From an uncultured Eubacteriales bacterium (GTDB taxonomy: Bacteria; Bacillota; Clostridia; Christensenellales; CAG-138), in the NCBI GenBank assembly GCA_900545265.1, contig UQYI01000002.1:16472-80471 (forward strand): a DNA stretch of 64,000 bases, given 5' to 3'. Positions 1 through 10,880 of the stretch are shown here, piece by piece (position 1 is the stretch's first letter; each line of letters opens with the position of its first letter). The position numbers were made by a program, and so were the translations under genes. The notes under the pieces were generated by a model. The model worked only from the letters and a program-made list of their open reading frames with translations. It made no database searches and had not been told where the DNA came from.

Positions 1-1538
1 GCCACGTCCACGGTCCGGGTCTCCCGGATAACGTTGACCTTGATCTGACCGGGGTACTCCATTTCGTTTTCGATGCGCTTGGCGATCTCCCGGGCCAGCA
101 TAACGGTGTCGGAATCGCTGACCTTTTCGGGCTTGACGATGATGCGCACCTCCCGGCCTGCCTGAATGGCATAGGAAGTATCCACGCCGTCAAAGGAGTT
201 GGCGATCTCTTCCAGCTTTTCCAGACGCTTGATGTAGTTTTCCAGCGTCTCGCGGCGTGCGCCGGGGCGGGCAGCGGAAATGGCGTCTGCCGCCTGCACC
301 AGAATGGCCTCCAGCGTCTGGGGCTCCACATCGTTGTGATGAGCCTGAATGGCATGGATGATCTGGTTGTTCTCCCGGTACTTCTTGGCCAGATCCGCAC
401 CGATCTGCGCATGGGTGCCTTCCACCTCATGGTCAATGGACTTGCCCAGATCGTGAAGCAGGCCGGCCCGCTTGGCAATGGCCACGTTGGCGCCCACTTC
501 GGCGGCCATGATGCCCGCCAGATGAGCTACTTCGATGCTGTGGTTCAGCACGTTCTGGCCATAGCTGGTACGGAACTTCATCCGGCCCAGATAGCGCACC
601 AGTTCATGGTGGAGCCCGTGCACGCCCACTTCCAGTACAGCGGCTTCCCCGGCCTCACGAATCTGGTTATCCACTTCTTTTCTGGCCTTTTCGACCATTT
701 CTTCAATACGGGCAGGGTGGATGCGGCCATCCATGATCAGCTTTTCCAAAGCGATGCGGGCCACCTCCCGGCGGACGGGATCGAAGGAGGAGAGGATCAC
801 GGCTTCGGGGGTATCGTCAATGATCAGATCCACCCCGGTGGCGGTCTCCAGAGCACGGATGTTCCGGCCCTCACGGCCGATGATCCGGCCCTTCATTTCA
901 TCGTTGGGCAGGGGCACCACGCTGACGGTGGCTTCCGCCACGGAATCTGCGGCGCAGCGCTGAATGGCCATAGTGACGATGTTGCGGGCTTTTTTATCGG
1001 CTTCTTCCTTGGTTTTCTGCTCAATATCCCGCAGCAGCAGGGCCGCATCGTGGCGCGCCTCCTGCTCCACATTGTCCAGCAGCATGGCCTTGGCTTCTTC
1101 GGCGGTCAGACCGGAGATACGCTCCAGCTCCTCCAGCTCCCTGGCATGGAGGGTATCGATCTCTTCCGCCTTCTTGTCTACCTGTGCGGAACGTTTATTC
1201 AGGGCCTGCTCCCGGGCTTCCACGGCTTCGATCTTTTTATCCAGGGTTTCTTCCCGCTGGAACAGCCGGCGCTCGTTGCGCTGGAGCTCCGTCCGCCGGT
1301 CCCGGTTCTCTTTCTCCGCCTCGTTGCGCAGCTTATAGACCTCTTCCTTGGCTTCCAGCACCTTCTCTTTGCGGATCTCCTCCGCTTTGCGCTGGGCGTC
1401 CTCATAGAGCTTCTTGACCGCATCCTCCGCCTTAGCTATTTTTGCTTCGGCAATGTTCTTTCGGTACAGATACCCTGCCGCCAGGCCAATACCGCCCACG
1501 GCCAGGGCTATGAGCACCACGATCCACCAATCCACCAT
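1..1538 (-). CDS. rny: Ribonuclease Y (C-terminus lies beyond the window start)
   Basis: Absent from the ORF track because it runs off the window. My reverse-complement translation from the ATG at 1538 gives [33 protein letters not shown] (N-terminal TM), then a coiled-coil, a KH motif [12 protein letters not shown] and an HD motif LLHDLGK. GGAGA RBS upstream. Confidence 0.9.
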   Translation of the reverse strand, partial: MVDWWIVVLIALAVGGIGLAAGYLYRKNIAEAKIAKAEDAVKKLYEDAQRKAEEIRKEKVLEAKEEVYKLRNEAEKENRDRRTELQRNERRLFQREETLDKKIEAVEAREQALNKRSAQVDKKAEEIDTLHARELEELERISGLTAEEAKAMLLDNVEQEARHDAALLLRDIEQKTKEEADKKARNIVTMAIQRCAADSVAEATVSVVPLPNDEMKGRIIGREGRNIRALETATGVDLIIDDTPEAVILSSFDPVRREVARIALEKLIMDGRIHPARIEEMVEKARKEVDNQIREAGEAAVLEVGVHGLHHELVRYLGRMKFRTSYGQNVLNHSIEVAHLAGIMAAEVGANVAIAKRAGLLHDLGKSIDHEVEGTHAQIGADLAKKYRENNQIIHAIQAHHNDVEPQTLEAILVQAADAISAARPGARRETLENYIKRLEKLEEIANSFDGVDTSYAIQAGREVRIIVKPEKVSDSDTVMLAREIAKRIENEMEYPGQIKVNVIRETRTVDV

Positions 1539-1818
1539 ATTCTAATCTCCAATCTCAAAAAAATAAACCGAGCAAAACCGCCCGGTCATGGATAGAAGAA
1601 TATTAAAATATTATCAGACAAAAACAGGTCTAATGCCCCTATATATTAAAAATATTCAAAGCTACTCACTTAATATATCTACACAAGTACCGAGCGTACA
1701 TGATTGCTTACTCTCATTATACGGATTGGCACCCCCATTGTCAAGGGATTCCCCCGGGAGAAAGAAGGGGAATTTGCCCCTATTTTCTCCCGGAAGATCG
1801 GATATAAGACGCTTTGAC

Positions 1819-4800
1819 TCAAAAGTCAAAAAGCGACATCTGATCCCGTTTGGGTAGATCCTTAAAGCACCCGCAGGCATCCAGCGCCGCCACCACACCG
1901 GAGTTGGCCCCCGTGCGGGCGGCATAGTCCTCTACGGAGTGGAAGGGCTCCGTCCCCCGGTTCTGGGCCATGGCCAGGGCGGCGTTGTCCCCTACCCCGG
2001 GGATGGCGTTGAACGGCGGCCGGATGGCCCCGTCTTCTATGGTGAAGCGGGTGCCCTGGGACTTGTAGATATCCACGGGCAGCAGCTCTATGCCCCGCAT
2101 GTTCATCTCATAGACCACCTCCAGTATGGTGATCAGGTCCTTGTCCTTCTTGCTGGATTCTGCGTCTCCGGAGTTCAGCCCCTTTTCCAGCGCATGTATC
2201 TGCCGGAGCACCGCCTCTGCCCCGCCCAACGAACGGGTCACGTCAAAGGCATCGGCTCGGACGGTGTAGTATACCGTGTAAAACTCCAGGGGCCGGTGCA
2301 CCTTGAACCACGCAATGCGGAAGCCCATCATGGTATAGGCCACGGCATGGCCCCGGGGGAACATGTACTTGATCTTTTTGCAGGAATCCACGAACCAGGC
2401 GGGGATCTGCCCGTCCTTCATGGCCTGCTCCATCTCGTCCGTAAGGCCCTTGCCCTTTCTGACCCGCTCCATGATCTTGAAGGAAAGGGAGGCGTCCATA
2501 CCGTGGGCGATCAGGTAGTTCATGATATCGTCCCGGGTACAGAGAACTTCGTTGAGCTTGGCCACCCCGGAGACCACCAGGCTTTCCGCATTGTTCAGCC
2601 ATACGTCCGTGCCGTGGGTCAGGCCGGAAATACGCACCAGCTCCTCCATGGTGGTGGGCCGGGTCTGCTCCAGTACCTTCTGCACAAAGCTGGTGCCGAA
2701 CTCCGGCACCCCCAGGGTGCCTACGGTGCATTCCAGTCCGGAAAGATCCACATGCAGGGGCTCCGGAGAGGAATAGATCTTCCGGGTCTCCGGGTCGTCC
2801 AGGGGGATGCTCACCGGGTCGATGCCAGTCAGATCCTGCAGCATACGCAAAGCCGTAGGATCATCGTGCCCCAGAATATCCAGCTTGACCAGCCGGTCAT
2901 CCATGGCATGGAAGTCGAAGTGAGTGGTGATGACCCCCTGCTCCACCTTATCCGCCGGGTAGTTGATGGGGGTGAACATATAGATGTCCTCATCCTTGGG
3001 GACGATAACGATGCCCGCCGGGTGCTGCCCCGTAGTGACCTTTACGTTCAGGCAGCCCTTGCACAGCCGGTCTATCTCCGCCCGGCGGAAATGACCCCCT
3101 GTGCCGTCCATGTAGTGCATAACGCACTCATAGGCCTTCTTTTCCGCTACACCGGAAATGGTGCCCGCCCGATAGGCGTGGTGCTCGCCGAACATCTCCT
3201 CCACATACTTGTGGGCCCGGTGCTGATACTCCCCGGAAAAGTTCAGATCGATATCGGGGGTCTTATCGCCCTTAAAGCCCAGAAAGACTTCAAAGGGGAT
3301 CTCATACCCGCCCTTGCTGTAGGGTGTGCCGCAGACCGGGCAGAGCTTGTCCGGCAGGTCCACCCCGCAGGCATACAGGCTGGTATCCACGTCAAACTCG
3401 CTGTGTCTGCACTTGGGGCACACATAGTGGGGGGGCAGGGGGTTCACCTCGGTGATCCCCGCCATGGTGGCCACAAAGCTGCTGCCTACGCTGCCCCGGG
3501 ACCCTACCAGATATCCGTCGGAATTGCTTTTGTGCACCAGCCGCTGCGCCATAAGATACAAAGAGGCAAAGTGGTTGCCGATGATGGATTTAAGCTCCTT
3601 TTCCAGCCGCTTTTCCACCACCTCCGGCAGAGGATCCCCATAGATGCTGTGGGCCCGCTCCATGGCCATGTTGGTAAGCTCTTCTTCGGCATTGGGGATC
3701 TGGGGGGCATGGGTGCCGTCGGGAAAGGGCTTCAGTTCCTCGCACATATCGGCGATGCGGTTGGGATTGGTGATGACCACCTCCCTGGCCCGCTCTCCCA
3801 GATAGGCAAAGTCACGCAGCATTTCGTCTGTGGACTTGAAGTACAGCGGCGGCTGAAACTCCGTATCGTCAAAGCCCAGCTTGTACATGAGTATCTTCCG
3901 GTATACGGCGTCCTGGGGCTCCAGAAAGTGCACGTCTCCCGTGGCCACGGTAAGCTTGCCCAGCTTATCTCCCAAAGCCAGAATATGCCGGTTGATGCCC
4001 TGCAGCGCCTCTTCGTCCGGCAGGACGCCCTCCCGCACCAGAAAGGCGTTGTTCCCGTTGGGCTGGATTTCCATATAGTCATAAAAATCCGCCAGCGCCA
4101 GCAGCTTTTCCTCCGGCTCCCCGTTGAGCACCGCCCGGTACAGCTCCCCCGCTTCGCAGGCGGAGCCCACCAGCAGCCCTCCGCGGAACACCGTAAGCAT
4201 GCTCCGGGGTATCTGGGGCTTTCCGCGCAGATGATCCAGATGGGAATAGGAGATGATCTTATACAGGTTCTTCATCCCCGCCTGGGTTCTGGCCAGCAGG
4301 ATGATGTGGTAGGTTTTGTGCTTCTCCTTCTTTTTCAGCTTCTGCCGCTCCTGGTGGGCGCTCTGCACCACAGGCACGGTATGCACCCCCATTTCCCCCA
4401 GCATCCGCAAAAATTCCAGAAAGATCATGGCGCAGGAGTTGGCGTCATCGTCGGCCCGGTGGTGGCTGCCCATATCCACATGAAAATATTCGCAGATGGT
4501 ATCCAGCTTGTGGTTGGGCAGTTCGTCCCGCAGCAGATAGCGGGAAAGCATCAGCGTATCGGCAAAGGGATTGTCAAACTCTATGTTGAACCGCTCCCCG
4601 TGGTGGGTGATAAAGCCCGTATCAAACTTGGCATTGTGGGCGATGAGGCAGGCGTTCCCGCAGAATTTCTTAAAAGCGCCCAGGGCTTCCCGGCAGGAAG
4701 GGGCCCCAATAAGCATATCCCCCGTGATGCCCGTAAGCTCCGTGATCTTTTTGGGCACCACCACCCCATCGTTGATGAAGGTCTGGAACCGCTCCGTGAC

Positions 4801-5856
4801 CTGTCCGTCCACCAGACGGACGGCGCCGATCTCCAGTATGTCGCACTGCTCCGCCTTCAGGCCCGTGGTCTCTATATCAAAGGCCACAAACTCCCCGGCG
4901 GCAGGCACCGACACCGTATCCGGCAGCAGGTAGCCCTCCACCCCGTAAATGGCCTTGACCCCGTTCTTTTTGGCTGCCTTGGCCGCCTCCGGAAAGGCCT
5001 GCACCACCCCGTGATCCGTTACCGCCAGGGCCTTGTGCCCCCAGCGGGCGGCGGTCTTGAAGGCAGCGGAAAGCTCCGTCAGCCCGTCCATGGTGGACAT
5101 GCGGGTGTGCAGGTGCAGCTCCACCCGCTTTTCCTCTGCCGTATCCTGCCGGTAGACCGGGTCGGCATAGTTCACATCGTTGGCATACAGCATCAGTTCC
5201 CCGGAATACTTCTGCACCCGGGCCATGCCCTTGACGACCAGCGTCCTGGCGGAATCCTGGCACTGCTTCATCCACCATGCAAAACGCTGGGCCTTCCATT
5301 CTTCATAAAAAGTGGCGGAGCAATAGAGGGAATCCGTCTCGTCGGTGATGTTGAACTGCACCCGCCAGCTTTTGTTTCCCCCTTCCTTCCGGTTGCCCCA
5401 GCCTTCCTTCAGCTCAAAGGCTACGATCCGCCCCCCTACGGTCACGGTGCGCTCCTCATTGCCCAGCTCATGGAGAGCAGGGCGCTTCCCTCCGGGGAGC
5501 TTGGTGCCCAGCAGCACAAAATTGGCAGGCAGATCCGCCTCTATGACGGGCTTGCTTCCCGCAGGCCGGGGCGCCGCCGCTTTGGGCGCAGACTGCACCG
5601 CAGGGACAGGTGCGGGAGCGGGCGCAGGAGCTTCCTGCTGCTGTGCATAGGCAAAGGACAGGGCAAACTCCGGCAGCAGCTCCTTAAAGCCCGCCTCCAG
5701 CAGCGACCGGCCCGGCTCCTGCAGGGGTTCCTTCTCCCAGAAAAGCAGCTCCAGCCTGTTTTCCTGCCGGATGAGCCGTGCGTTCAGCAAGGGGAGCTCC
5801 TTTTCCGTAAAGCCTGCCCGGGTATAAATGCTTTCTATGCGCTTGTCCATTCCCAC
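1819..5856 (-). CDS. polC: DNA polymerase III alpha subunit, Gram-positive PolC type
   Basis: 1345-aa ORF with a PHP region (ELHLHTRMSTMDG), an inserted DEDD exonuclease (FVAFDIETTGL), a Cys4 zinc motif (CPKC..CPVC) and the Pol III alpha core. Confidence 0.95.
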   Translation of the reverse strand: MGMDKRIESIYTRAGFTEKELPLLNARLIRQENRLELLFWEKEPLQEPGRSLLEAGFKELLPEFALSFAYAQQQEAPAPAPAPVPAVQSAPKAAAPRPAGSKPVIEADLPANFVLLGTKLPGGKRPALHELGNEERTVTVGGRIVAFELKEGWGNRKEGGNKSWRVQFNITDETDSLYCSATFYEEWKAQRFAWWMKQCQDSARTLVVKGMARVQKYSGELMLYANDVNYADPVYRQDTAEEKRVELHLHTRMSTMDGLTELSAAFKTAARWGHKALAVTDHGVVQAFPEAAKAAKKNGVKAIYGVEGYLLPDTVSVPAAGEFVAFDIETTGLKAEQCDILEIGAVRLVDGQVTERFQTFINDGVVVPKKITELTGITGDMLIGAPSCREALGAFKKFCGNACLIAHNAKFDTGFITHHGERFNIEFDNPFADTLMLSRYLLRDELPNHKLDTICEYFHVDMGSHHRADDDANSCAMIFLEFLRMLGEMGVHTVPVVQSAHQERQKLKKKEKHKTYHIILLARTQAGMKNLYKIISYSHLDHLRGKPQIPRSMLTVFRGGLLVGSACEAGELYRAVLNGEPEEKLLALADFYDYMEIQPNGNNAFLVREGVLPDEEALQGINRHILALGDKLGKLTVATGDVHFLEPQDAVYRKILMYKLGFDDTEFQPPLYFKSTDEMLRDFAYLGERAREVVITNPNRIADMCEELKPFPDGTHAPQIPNAEEELTNMAMERAHSIYGDPLPEVVEKRLEKELKSIIGNHFASLYLMAQRLVHKSNSDGYLVGSRGSVGSSFVATMAGITEVNPLPPHYVCPKCRHSEFDVDTSLYACGVDLPDKLCPVCGTPYSKGGYEIPFEVFLGFKGDKTPDIDLNFSGEYQHRAHKYVEEMFGEHHAYRAGTISGVAEKKAYECVMHYMDGTGGHFRRAEIDRLCKGCLNVKVTTGQHPAGIVIVPKDEDIYMFTPINYPADKVEQGVITTHFDFHAMDDRLVKLDILGHDDPTALRMLQDLTGIDPVSIPLDDPETRKIYSSPEPLHVDLSGLECTVGTLGVPEFGTSFVQKVLEQTRPTTMEELVRISGLTHGTDVWLNNAESLVVSGVAKLNEVLCTRDDIMNYLIAHGMDASLSFKIMERVRKGKGLTDEMEQAMKDGQIPAWFVDSCKKIKYMFPRGHAVAYTMMGFRIAWFKVHRPLEFYTVYYTVRADAFDVTRSLGGAEAVLRQIHALEKGLNSGDAESSKKDKDLITILEVVYEMNMRGIELLPVDIYKSQGTRFTIEDGAIRPPFNAIPGVGDNAALAMAQNRGTEPFHSVEDYAARTGANSGVVAALDACGCFKDLPKRDQMSLFDF

Positions 5857-5904
5857 CTCATAAAAAGGGCGGCGGTCAAAACACCTCCGCCCGTATGTCC
5901 GTTT

Positions 5905-6984
5905 TCAGTTTTCCTGTGCCTTTTCCCCGGCCTCCCGGGCCAGAGTGATGAGCTTTTCCACCATCTGCTCCACGGGGCCGGCGCACAGCTTTTTCCCTTT
6001 TACAAAGAGGACTCCGTTGTTTTGTCCAAAGGCAATGCCCATATCCGCATCGGAAGCCTCTCCGGGGCCGTTGACGGCACAGCCCATTACGGCTACCTTC
6101 AGGGGCCCTTTGCAGTCTTTCAGCCGGGTCTTTACATATTCTGCGTGGCGGATAAGATCCACCCGCGTCCGGCCGCAGGTGGGGCAGCTGATGACCTCCA
6201 CCCCCTCCCGCCGCAGACCGCAGGCGGAAAGGATCCTTTTGGCGGCATATACCTCTTCCACCGGATCCCCGGTCAGGGAGACCCGTATGGTATCCCCTAT
6301 GCCCTCCATCAGCAGGGTGCCGATGCCCACGGCAGACTTGGCGAGCCCCTCCTGGCCGCTGCCCGTTTCCGTGACCCCCACATGCAGGGGATACCGGCAC
6401 AGAGCGGACATGCGCCGGTAGGCCTCCACCGTTACCGGCACAGAGGAGCATTTCAGCGACAGGGCTATATCATAAAACCCCGCCTCCTCCAGCAGCGCTA
6501 TATGCTTTTGGGCGCTTTCCACCATGGCGCCGGGGGTATCCCCGGCAAAGCGGGTCTTGAGCTCCTTTTCCAGAGAACCGGCATTGACGCCTATGCGGAT
6601 GGGCACATGGTGGGCACGGCAGCAATCCGCCACAAAGCGCACCCGTTCCCTGCCGCCGATGTTCCCGGGGTTGATGCGCAGCTTCTGCACACCGTTTTCC
6701 ACGGCGGCCACCGCCAGCCGGTAATCAAAATGCACGTCTGCCACCAGCGGGATATGGATCCGGGGGACGATCTCCTTTACGGCGGCAGCGGCCTTTTCGT
6801 CAAATACCGCCGAACGGATGATCTGGCAGCCGGCCTCTTCCAGTTTCAGTATCTGCGCCACGGTAGCTTCCGCATCCCGCGTATCCGTATTGGTCATGGA
6901 CTGGATCCATATGGGGTTCCCGCCGCCCATGACCAGGCTGCCTACCTGCAAAGGGCGGGTCTTTTTTCTTGCAAATGCATCCAT
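5905..6984 (-). CDS. ispG: 4-hydroxy-3-methylbut-2-en-1-yl diphosphate synthase
   Basis: The real start is the internal ATG (MDAFARKKTRPLQVGSLVMGGGNPIWIQSMTNTDT...), which overlaps the rseP stop as ATGA. The 126-aa N-terminal extension in the track overlaps rseP and is R/G-rich junk. Confidence 0.9.
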   Translation of the reverse strand: MDAFARKKTRPLQVGSLVMGGGNPIWIQSMTNTDTRDAEATVAQILKLEEAGCQIIRSAVFDEKAAAAVKEIVPRIHIPLVADVHFDYRLAVAAVENGVQKLRINPGNIGGRERVRFVADCCRAHHVPIRIGVNAGSLEKELKTRFAGDTPGAMVESAQKHIALLEEAGFYDIALSLKCSSVPVTVEAYRRMSALCRYPLHVGVTETGSGQEGLAKSAVGIGTLLMEGIGDTIRVSLTGDPVEEVYAAKRILSACGLRREGVEVISCPTCGRTRVDLIRHAEYVKTRLKDCKGPLKVAVMGCAVNGPGEASDADMGIAFGQNNGVLFVKGKKLCAGPVEQMVEKLITLAREAGEKAQEN

Positions 6985-8030
6985 CAAAAAAGCATTCCCA
7001 CGCCGTTGATCCACTGCCACACATCCTTCACGACCAGCGCCACCATGAGCACCATGAGCAGAACGAATCCTACCAGATGCACGATGCCCTCCTTTTCCGG
7101 AGGCACGGGCTTGCCCCGCACCCATTCGATAAGGATAAACATCAGCCTGCCTCCATCCAGCGCCGGGATGGGCAGCAGATTCATAATACCCAGATTCACG
7201 CTGATAAACACGCTCAGGGCCACCACCATATCCGCGCCGTAGGCCATGACCTGGCCTACCACCCGGGTAACGCCTACCATGCCGGACATATCCTGAAAGC
7301 CCGCTTCCCCGGTAAAGAACATGCCGAAGGACTTGAAGATAACTCCCGCCATCTCCCAGCAATAAGAGGCACTGTGCGCTACGGCTTCAAAAAAGTTGTC
7401 GCGAATCCTGGGGGCCCCGATGGACAGACCCAAAAGCTTCCGCCCGCTTTCCGCATCCAGCCGGGGGGCAAGCGTAAAGATCAGGGTCTTCCTCCCCCGG
7501 CGCACCTCCAGCTCGATCTCCCCCTGGGCCGCATCCACCTGCTCCGTCAGGGACTCGATGCTGTTCACCTGTACGCCTGCGGCGCTAAGGACCATGTCCC
7601 CCGCCTCCAGTCCCGCTTCCATGGCGGGGCTGTCGGGAAAGACCTCCCGGATCTCCACCTTGGTTCCGTCATAGGTGCCCCAGCCCATATACATGACCAT
7701 GGCCAGCACAAAAGCCAGCACAAAGTTCATCACCGGCCCGGCCGCTATGACAATGGCCCGCTTCCACGGCTTCTGGGCGTTGAAGCACCGGGGATCGCTG
7801 ACCCCGGCGTCCTCCCCGAAGAACTGGCACATGCCCCCGATGGGGAAGGCCCGAAGATTATATTCTGTTCCATTCTTCTTAAAGCCGCACACCCGGGGCC
7901 CCATGCCCAGGGCAAACTCCGTAATGGTAAAGCCCAGCAGCCGCCCGGCGGTATAGTGGCCCAGTTCATGGACCATGACCAGCACGGAAAGCACCAGCAG
8001 CGTCACCAGTATCTGCAACACAATGCTCAT
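6984..8030 (-). CDS. rseP: RIP (site-2) zinc metalloprotease, M50 family with PDZ domain
   Basis: HELGHY (HExxH) motif, NLLPIPALDGG motif, multiple TM segments, and the conserved position between dxr and ispG. Confidence 0.87.
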   Translation of the reverse strand: MSIVLQILVTLLVLSVLVMVHELGHYTAGRLLGFTITEFALGMGPRVCGFKKNGTEYNLRAFPIGGMCQFFGEDAGVSDPRCFNAQKPWKRAIVIAAGPVMNFVLAFVLAMVMYMGWGTYDGTKVEIREVFPDSPAMEAGLEAGDMVLSAAGVQVNSIESLTEQVDAAQGEIELEVRRGRKTLIFTLAPRLDAESGRKLLGLSIGAPRIRDNFFEAVAHSASYCWEMAGVIFKSFGMFFTGEAGFQDMSGMVGVTRVVGQVMAYGADMVVALSVFISVNLGIMNLLPIPALDGGRLMFILIEWVRGKPVPPEKEGIVHLVGFVLLMVLMVALVVKDVWQWINGVGMLF

Positions 8031-8031
8031 A

Positions 8032-9168
8032 TCATTCTCCCTGCCCGTTAACCCGGGCGTATACCAGTTCTCTGGCTTTTCTGTCTGCCTCCCGCACAGC
8101 CTCCAAAGAGGTCATGGGGGTGTTCTCATACCCGGCGAGGGCTTCCTCCACACAGGCATCTATATCCAAAAAGCCTATGCGCCCTTCAAAAAACAGGGCG
8201 GCGGCAGCTTCGTTGGCTCCGTTATATACCACCGGATAGCCGCCCCCGGCCTTCAGGCAGGCATACGCCATCCTCAGGGCGGGAAAGCGCTTTGGATCCG
8301 GCTTTTCAAAATGCAAATCCGGCACTTCCCACAGCCGCAGGGGGCGGGCGGGAGATGCCATGCGCTCCGGATAGGTCAGGGCATACTGAATGGGCAGGCG
8401 CATATCCGGCAGGCTCAGGTTGGCCATAAGGGTGCCGTCTCTGTATTCCACCATGGAGTGGACGATGGACTGGGGGTGCAGCAGCACCTCTATCTGCTCC
8501 CCGGCAAAGTCAAAAAGCCGGGCAGCCTCCATGATTTCCAGCCCCTTGTTGAACAGGGTGGCGGAATCCAGGCTGATCTTTTTGCCCATGGACCAGTTGG
8601 GATGCTTTACCGCCTGCTCCGGGGTGATATGCCGCAGTTCCTCCCGTTTTCTGGCATAAAAGGGCCCGCCGGAAGCCGTCAGGATCAACCGGCTGACCTC
8701 CTGCCTGCTTCCGTTCTGCAGGCACTGAAAAATAGCGGACTGTTCGCTGTCCACGGGCACCAGTTCCCCGCCTCCGGTCAGAAGGGCCTGCTTTACCAGC
8801 TCGCCCCCGCAGACCAGGGATTCCTTATTGGCAATAGCGATGCGCTTTCCGTTTTTCAGGGCCGCCAAAAGGGGCTCCAGGGCCGCAAAGCCGGAGATCC
8901 CCAGCACAAAAATATCCGTTTGCGTATCCGCCGCCAGCAGGCAGGCCGCTTTTTCGCCAGAGAGCAGCTCCGTCCCCGCAGGCACAGGGATCTCTTTGGA
9001 AAACCCGGCCAGTTCCGGACGAAAGGCTTCCACCTGCCGGAGAAACTCCTCCTCCCGGGAATGGGCGCACAACCCCCGGAGCCGGAACCGCTCCGGGTGC
9101 ATTTGCAGCACCTCTAAAGCCTGCCGGCCGATGGAGCCCGTGCTCCCCAGAATGGTCACATTCTGCAT
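8032..9168 (-). CDS. dxr: 1-deoxy-D-xylulose 5-phosphate reductoisomerase
   Basis: N-terminal ILGSTGSIG NADPH-binding motif, 378 aa, conserved cdsA-dxr-rseP context. Confidence 0.93.
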   Translation of the reverse strand: MQNVTILGSTGSIGRQALEVLQMHPERFRLRGLCAHSREEEFLRQVEAFRPELAGFSKEIPVPAGTELLSGEKAACLLAADTQTDIFVLGISGFAALEPLLAALKNGKRIAIANKESLVCGGELVKQALLTGGGELVPVDSEQSAIFQCLQNGSRQEVSRLILTASGGPFYARKREELRHITPEQAVKHPNWSMGKKISLDSATLFNKGLEIMEAARLFDFAGEQIEVLLHPQSIVHSMVEYRDGTLMANLSLPDMRLPIQYALTYPERMASPARPLRLWEVPDLHFEKPDPKRFPALRMAYACLKAGGGYPVVYNGANEAAAALFFEGRIGFLDIDACVEEALAGYENTPMTSLEAVREADRKARELVYARVNGQGE

Positions 9169-9187
9169 ACGATCCGCTAAAATCCTC

Positions 9188-10018
9188 TCAATAGGTAGTC
9201 AAAATAGCATAGGCCAGCACCGTCATGGCGCAGATCAGGGCACTGTCCAGCCGATCCATAAGTCCGCCGTGGCCGGGAATGATCTCGGAAAAATCCTTGA
9301 TCCCCGCCGCCCGCTTGAGTGTGGAGGCAAACAGATCCCCAAACTGGCCTACCACACCGCACAGCAGGCCCATAAACAGCAGGCTTCCCATCTCTACCGT
9401 GCCGCCCCACAGCTCCTGGGCATAATACAGCCCCAGAGCCATAAGCATGGCGCCGGGCACCGCCGCCAGACTGCCCTCCACGGTCTTGTGGGGGGAAATG
9501 CTTCTGCACAGGGGGTGCTTTCCAAAAAGAGTGCCGCCGAAATAGGCAAAGGCATCCCCTATCTCCGGGCACAGGATGGCCGCATAGCAGCAGGTCTTGG
9601 CGATCCCTTCCGGCAGGGCAAAATACAGAGCCACAATGGCGCATTCCGGCAGTATAGGGTATGCAAAGGGCAGCAGGCAGTATAACGCATCGGTGTAATT
9701 ATCTTCTCCGGTAAGAAACACCTGCCAGGCCATGGTCATGGCGATCATCAGCATGCCAAAGGCCCCTACATACAAAAGATTCTCCCCGGTCATGTAATAC
9801 AGGGGGCCGAACAGGCTGGCAAACACATAGGCCGGCACCATGCAGATGCGCTTGCCCAGGTGCAGCAGCATCTCTTCCATCTCCCGGATGGTCATGAAGA
9901 ATACCGCCCCGAATACGATCAGGAAGGTCAGCCGCCCATAGTAGCAGCACAGAAACAGCAGCCCGAAAAGAACTATGCCCGCAATGGTGCGGGTAAGCAG
10001 ATTGCTTTGCTTCATCAT
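9188..10018 (-). CDS. cdsA: Phosphatidate cytidylyltransferase
   Basis: Polytopic membrane protein with the CDS signature STLKRAAGIKDFSEIIPGHGGLMDRLDS. Confidence 0.88.
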   Translation of the reverse strand: MMKQSNLLTRTIAGIVLFGLLFLCCYYGRLTFLIVFGAVFFMTIREMEEMLLHLGKRICMVPAYVFASLFGPLYYMTGENLLYVGAFGMLMIAMTMAWQVFLTGEDNYTDALYCLLPFAYPILPECAIVALYFALPEGIAKTCCYAAILCPEIGDAFAYFGGTLFGKHPLCRSISPHKTVEGSLAAVPGAMLMALGLYYAQELWGGTVEMGSLLFMGLLCGVVGQFGDLFASTLKRAAGIKDFSEIIPGHGGLMDRLDSALICAMTVLAYAILTTY

Positions 10019-10021
10019 GGC

Positions 10022-10759
10022 TTACAGTCCTCCAAACCGCCGGCCCCGGCCTGCATAGGCCTGTAAAGCGGCAATATACGCTTCCCGGGTGAAGTCCGGC
10101 CAGAGCACGGGGGTAAAATACAGTTCGCTGTAAGCCAGCTGATACAGCAGATAGTTGCTCAGCCGTTCCTCCCCGCTGGTTCGGATCAGCAGATCCACCT
10201 CCGGAGTTCCGGCTGAATACAGGTGCTTTTCAAAATCCGCCTGCTCCGGCAGATGCCCCGTTTGGACGGCTTCTGCGGCGCACAGGCGCACCGCCCGCAA
10301 TATTTCTGCCCGGCTGCCGTAATTCAGGCAGATATTCAGCTTCAGCCCCGTATTGGCGGCGGTCTTTTCTTCTGCGTTGATAAGGGCCCGGCGGACGTTT
10401 TCCGGGAAGGGCTCCTTCTCGCCCCAGATGGAAATGCGCACGTTGTTTTCGTGAAGCTCCCCGATCTCCCGGTTGAAATATTCCAGCAGCAGGCCGAAAA
10501 GGATGCTCTTTTCCTCCGCAGGCCGCTTCCAGTTTTCCGTGGAAAAGGCGTACAGGGTCAGGGCTTCCACGCCCGCATCACTGGAGAAGCGGATGATCTC
10601 CCGCAGGCGCTCCGTGCCCGCCCGGTGGCCCACCGCCCGGGGATACCCCTTGCCCTGGGCCCAACGGCCGTTGCCGTCCATGATGATGGCTACATGCCGG
10701 GGCAGGTGCTCCCGTGCCAGACCCATTTTCTTCAGTTGCCCGTCGTTCAGTTTGCTCAT
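10022..10759 (-). CDS. uppS: Isoprenyl transferase (undecaprenyl diphosphate synthase)
   Basis: HVAIIMDGNGRWA motif. I chose the internal start MSKLNDGQ; the track ORF extends a further 27 aa upstream. Confidence 0.9.
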   Translation of the reverse strand: MSKLNDGQLKKMGLAREHLPRHVAIIMDGNGRWAQGKGYPRAVGHRAGTERLREIIRFSSDAGVEALTLYAFSTENWKRPAEEKSILFGLLLEYFNREIGELHENNVRISIWGEKEPFPENVRRALINAEEKTAANTGLKLNICLNYGSRAEILRAVRLCAAEAVQTGHLPEQADFEKHLYSAGTPEVDLLIRTSGEERLSNYLLYQLAYSELYFTPVLWPDFTREAYIAALQAYAGRGRRFGGL

Positions 10760-10880
10760 CGGCTCCAATGCCCTTTCCGTTTCTATCCTGCCCGGCTTTG
10801 CCTGCATATAAACGAGGATGCAAAGCAAAAAGCCTTGCATCCCCCGCCTGTGTTCTGTAAGAGGGTGCAGTGCGCCCCGC

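Noticed and set aside
667-675. DnaA-box-like TTATCCACT
   Set aside because: It is a single 8/9 match inside the rny coding sequence. There is no cluster of boxes and no AT-rich unwinding element, including near rpmH.
336-1595. 419-aa + strand ORF at the window start
   Set aside because: It is antisense to RNase Y, whose KH and HD motifs translate cleanly from the minus strand.
1939-7242. 1767-aa ORF on the + strand (the longest ORF in the track)
   Set aside because: It lies entirely antisense to polC and ispG, which have unmistakable motifs. Its composition (G/H/P/R/Q/L-rich, low complexity) is typical of stop-free antisense frames in GC-rich DNA.
5905-7362. N-terminally extended versions of real genes in the ORF track (ispG 485 aa, uppS 272 aa, rpsB 326 aa, Na/Pi 694 aa, glycosidase 520 aa, bioY 237 aa, yczE-like 272 aa, rnpA 141 aa)
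   Set aside because: The extensions overlap upstream genes or leaders, lack RBSs and have junk composition. In each case an internal start with an RBS and a family-typical N-terminus was chosen.
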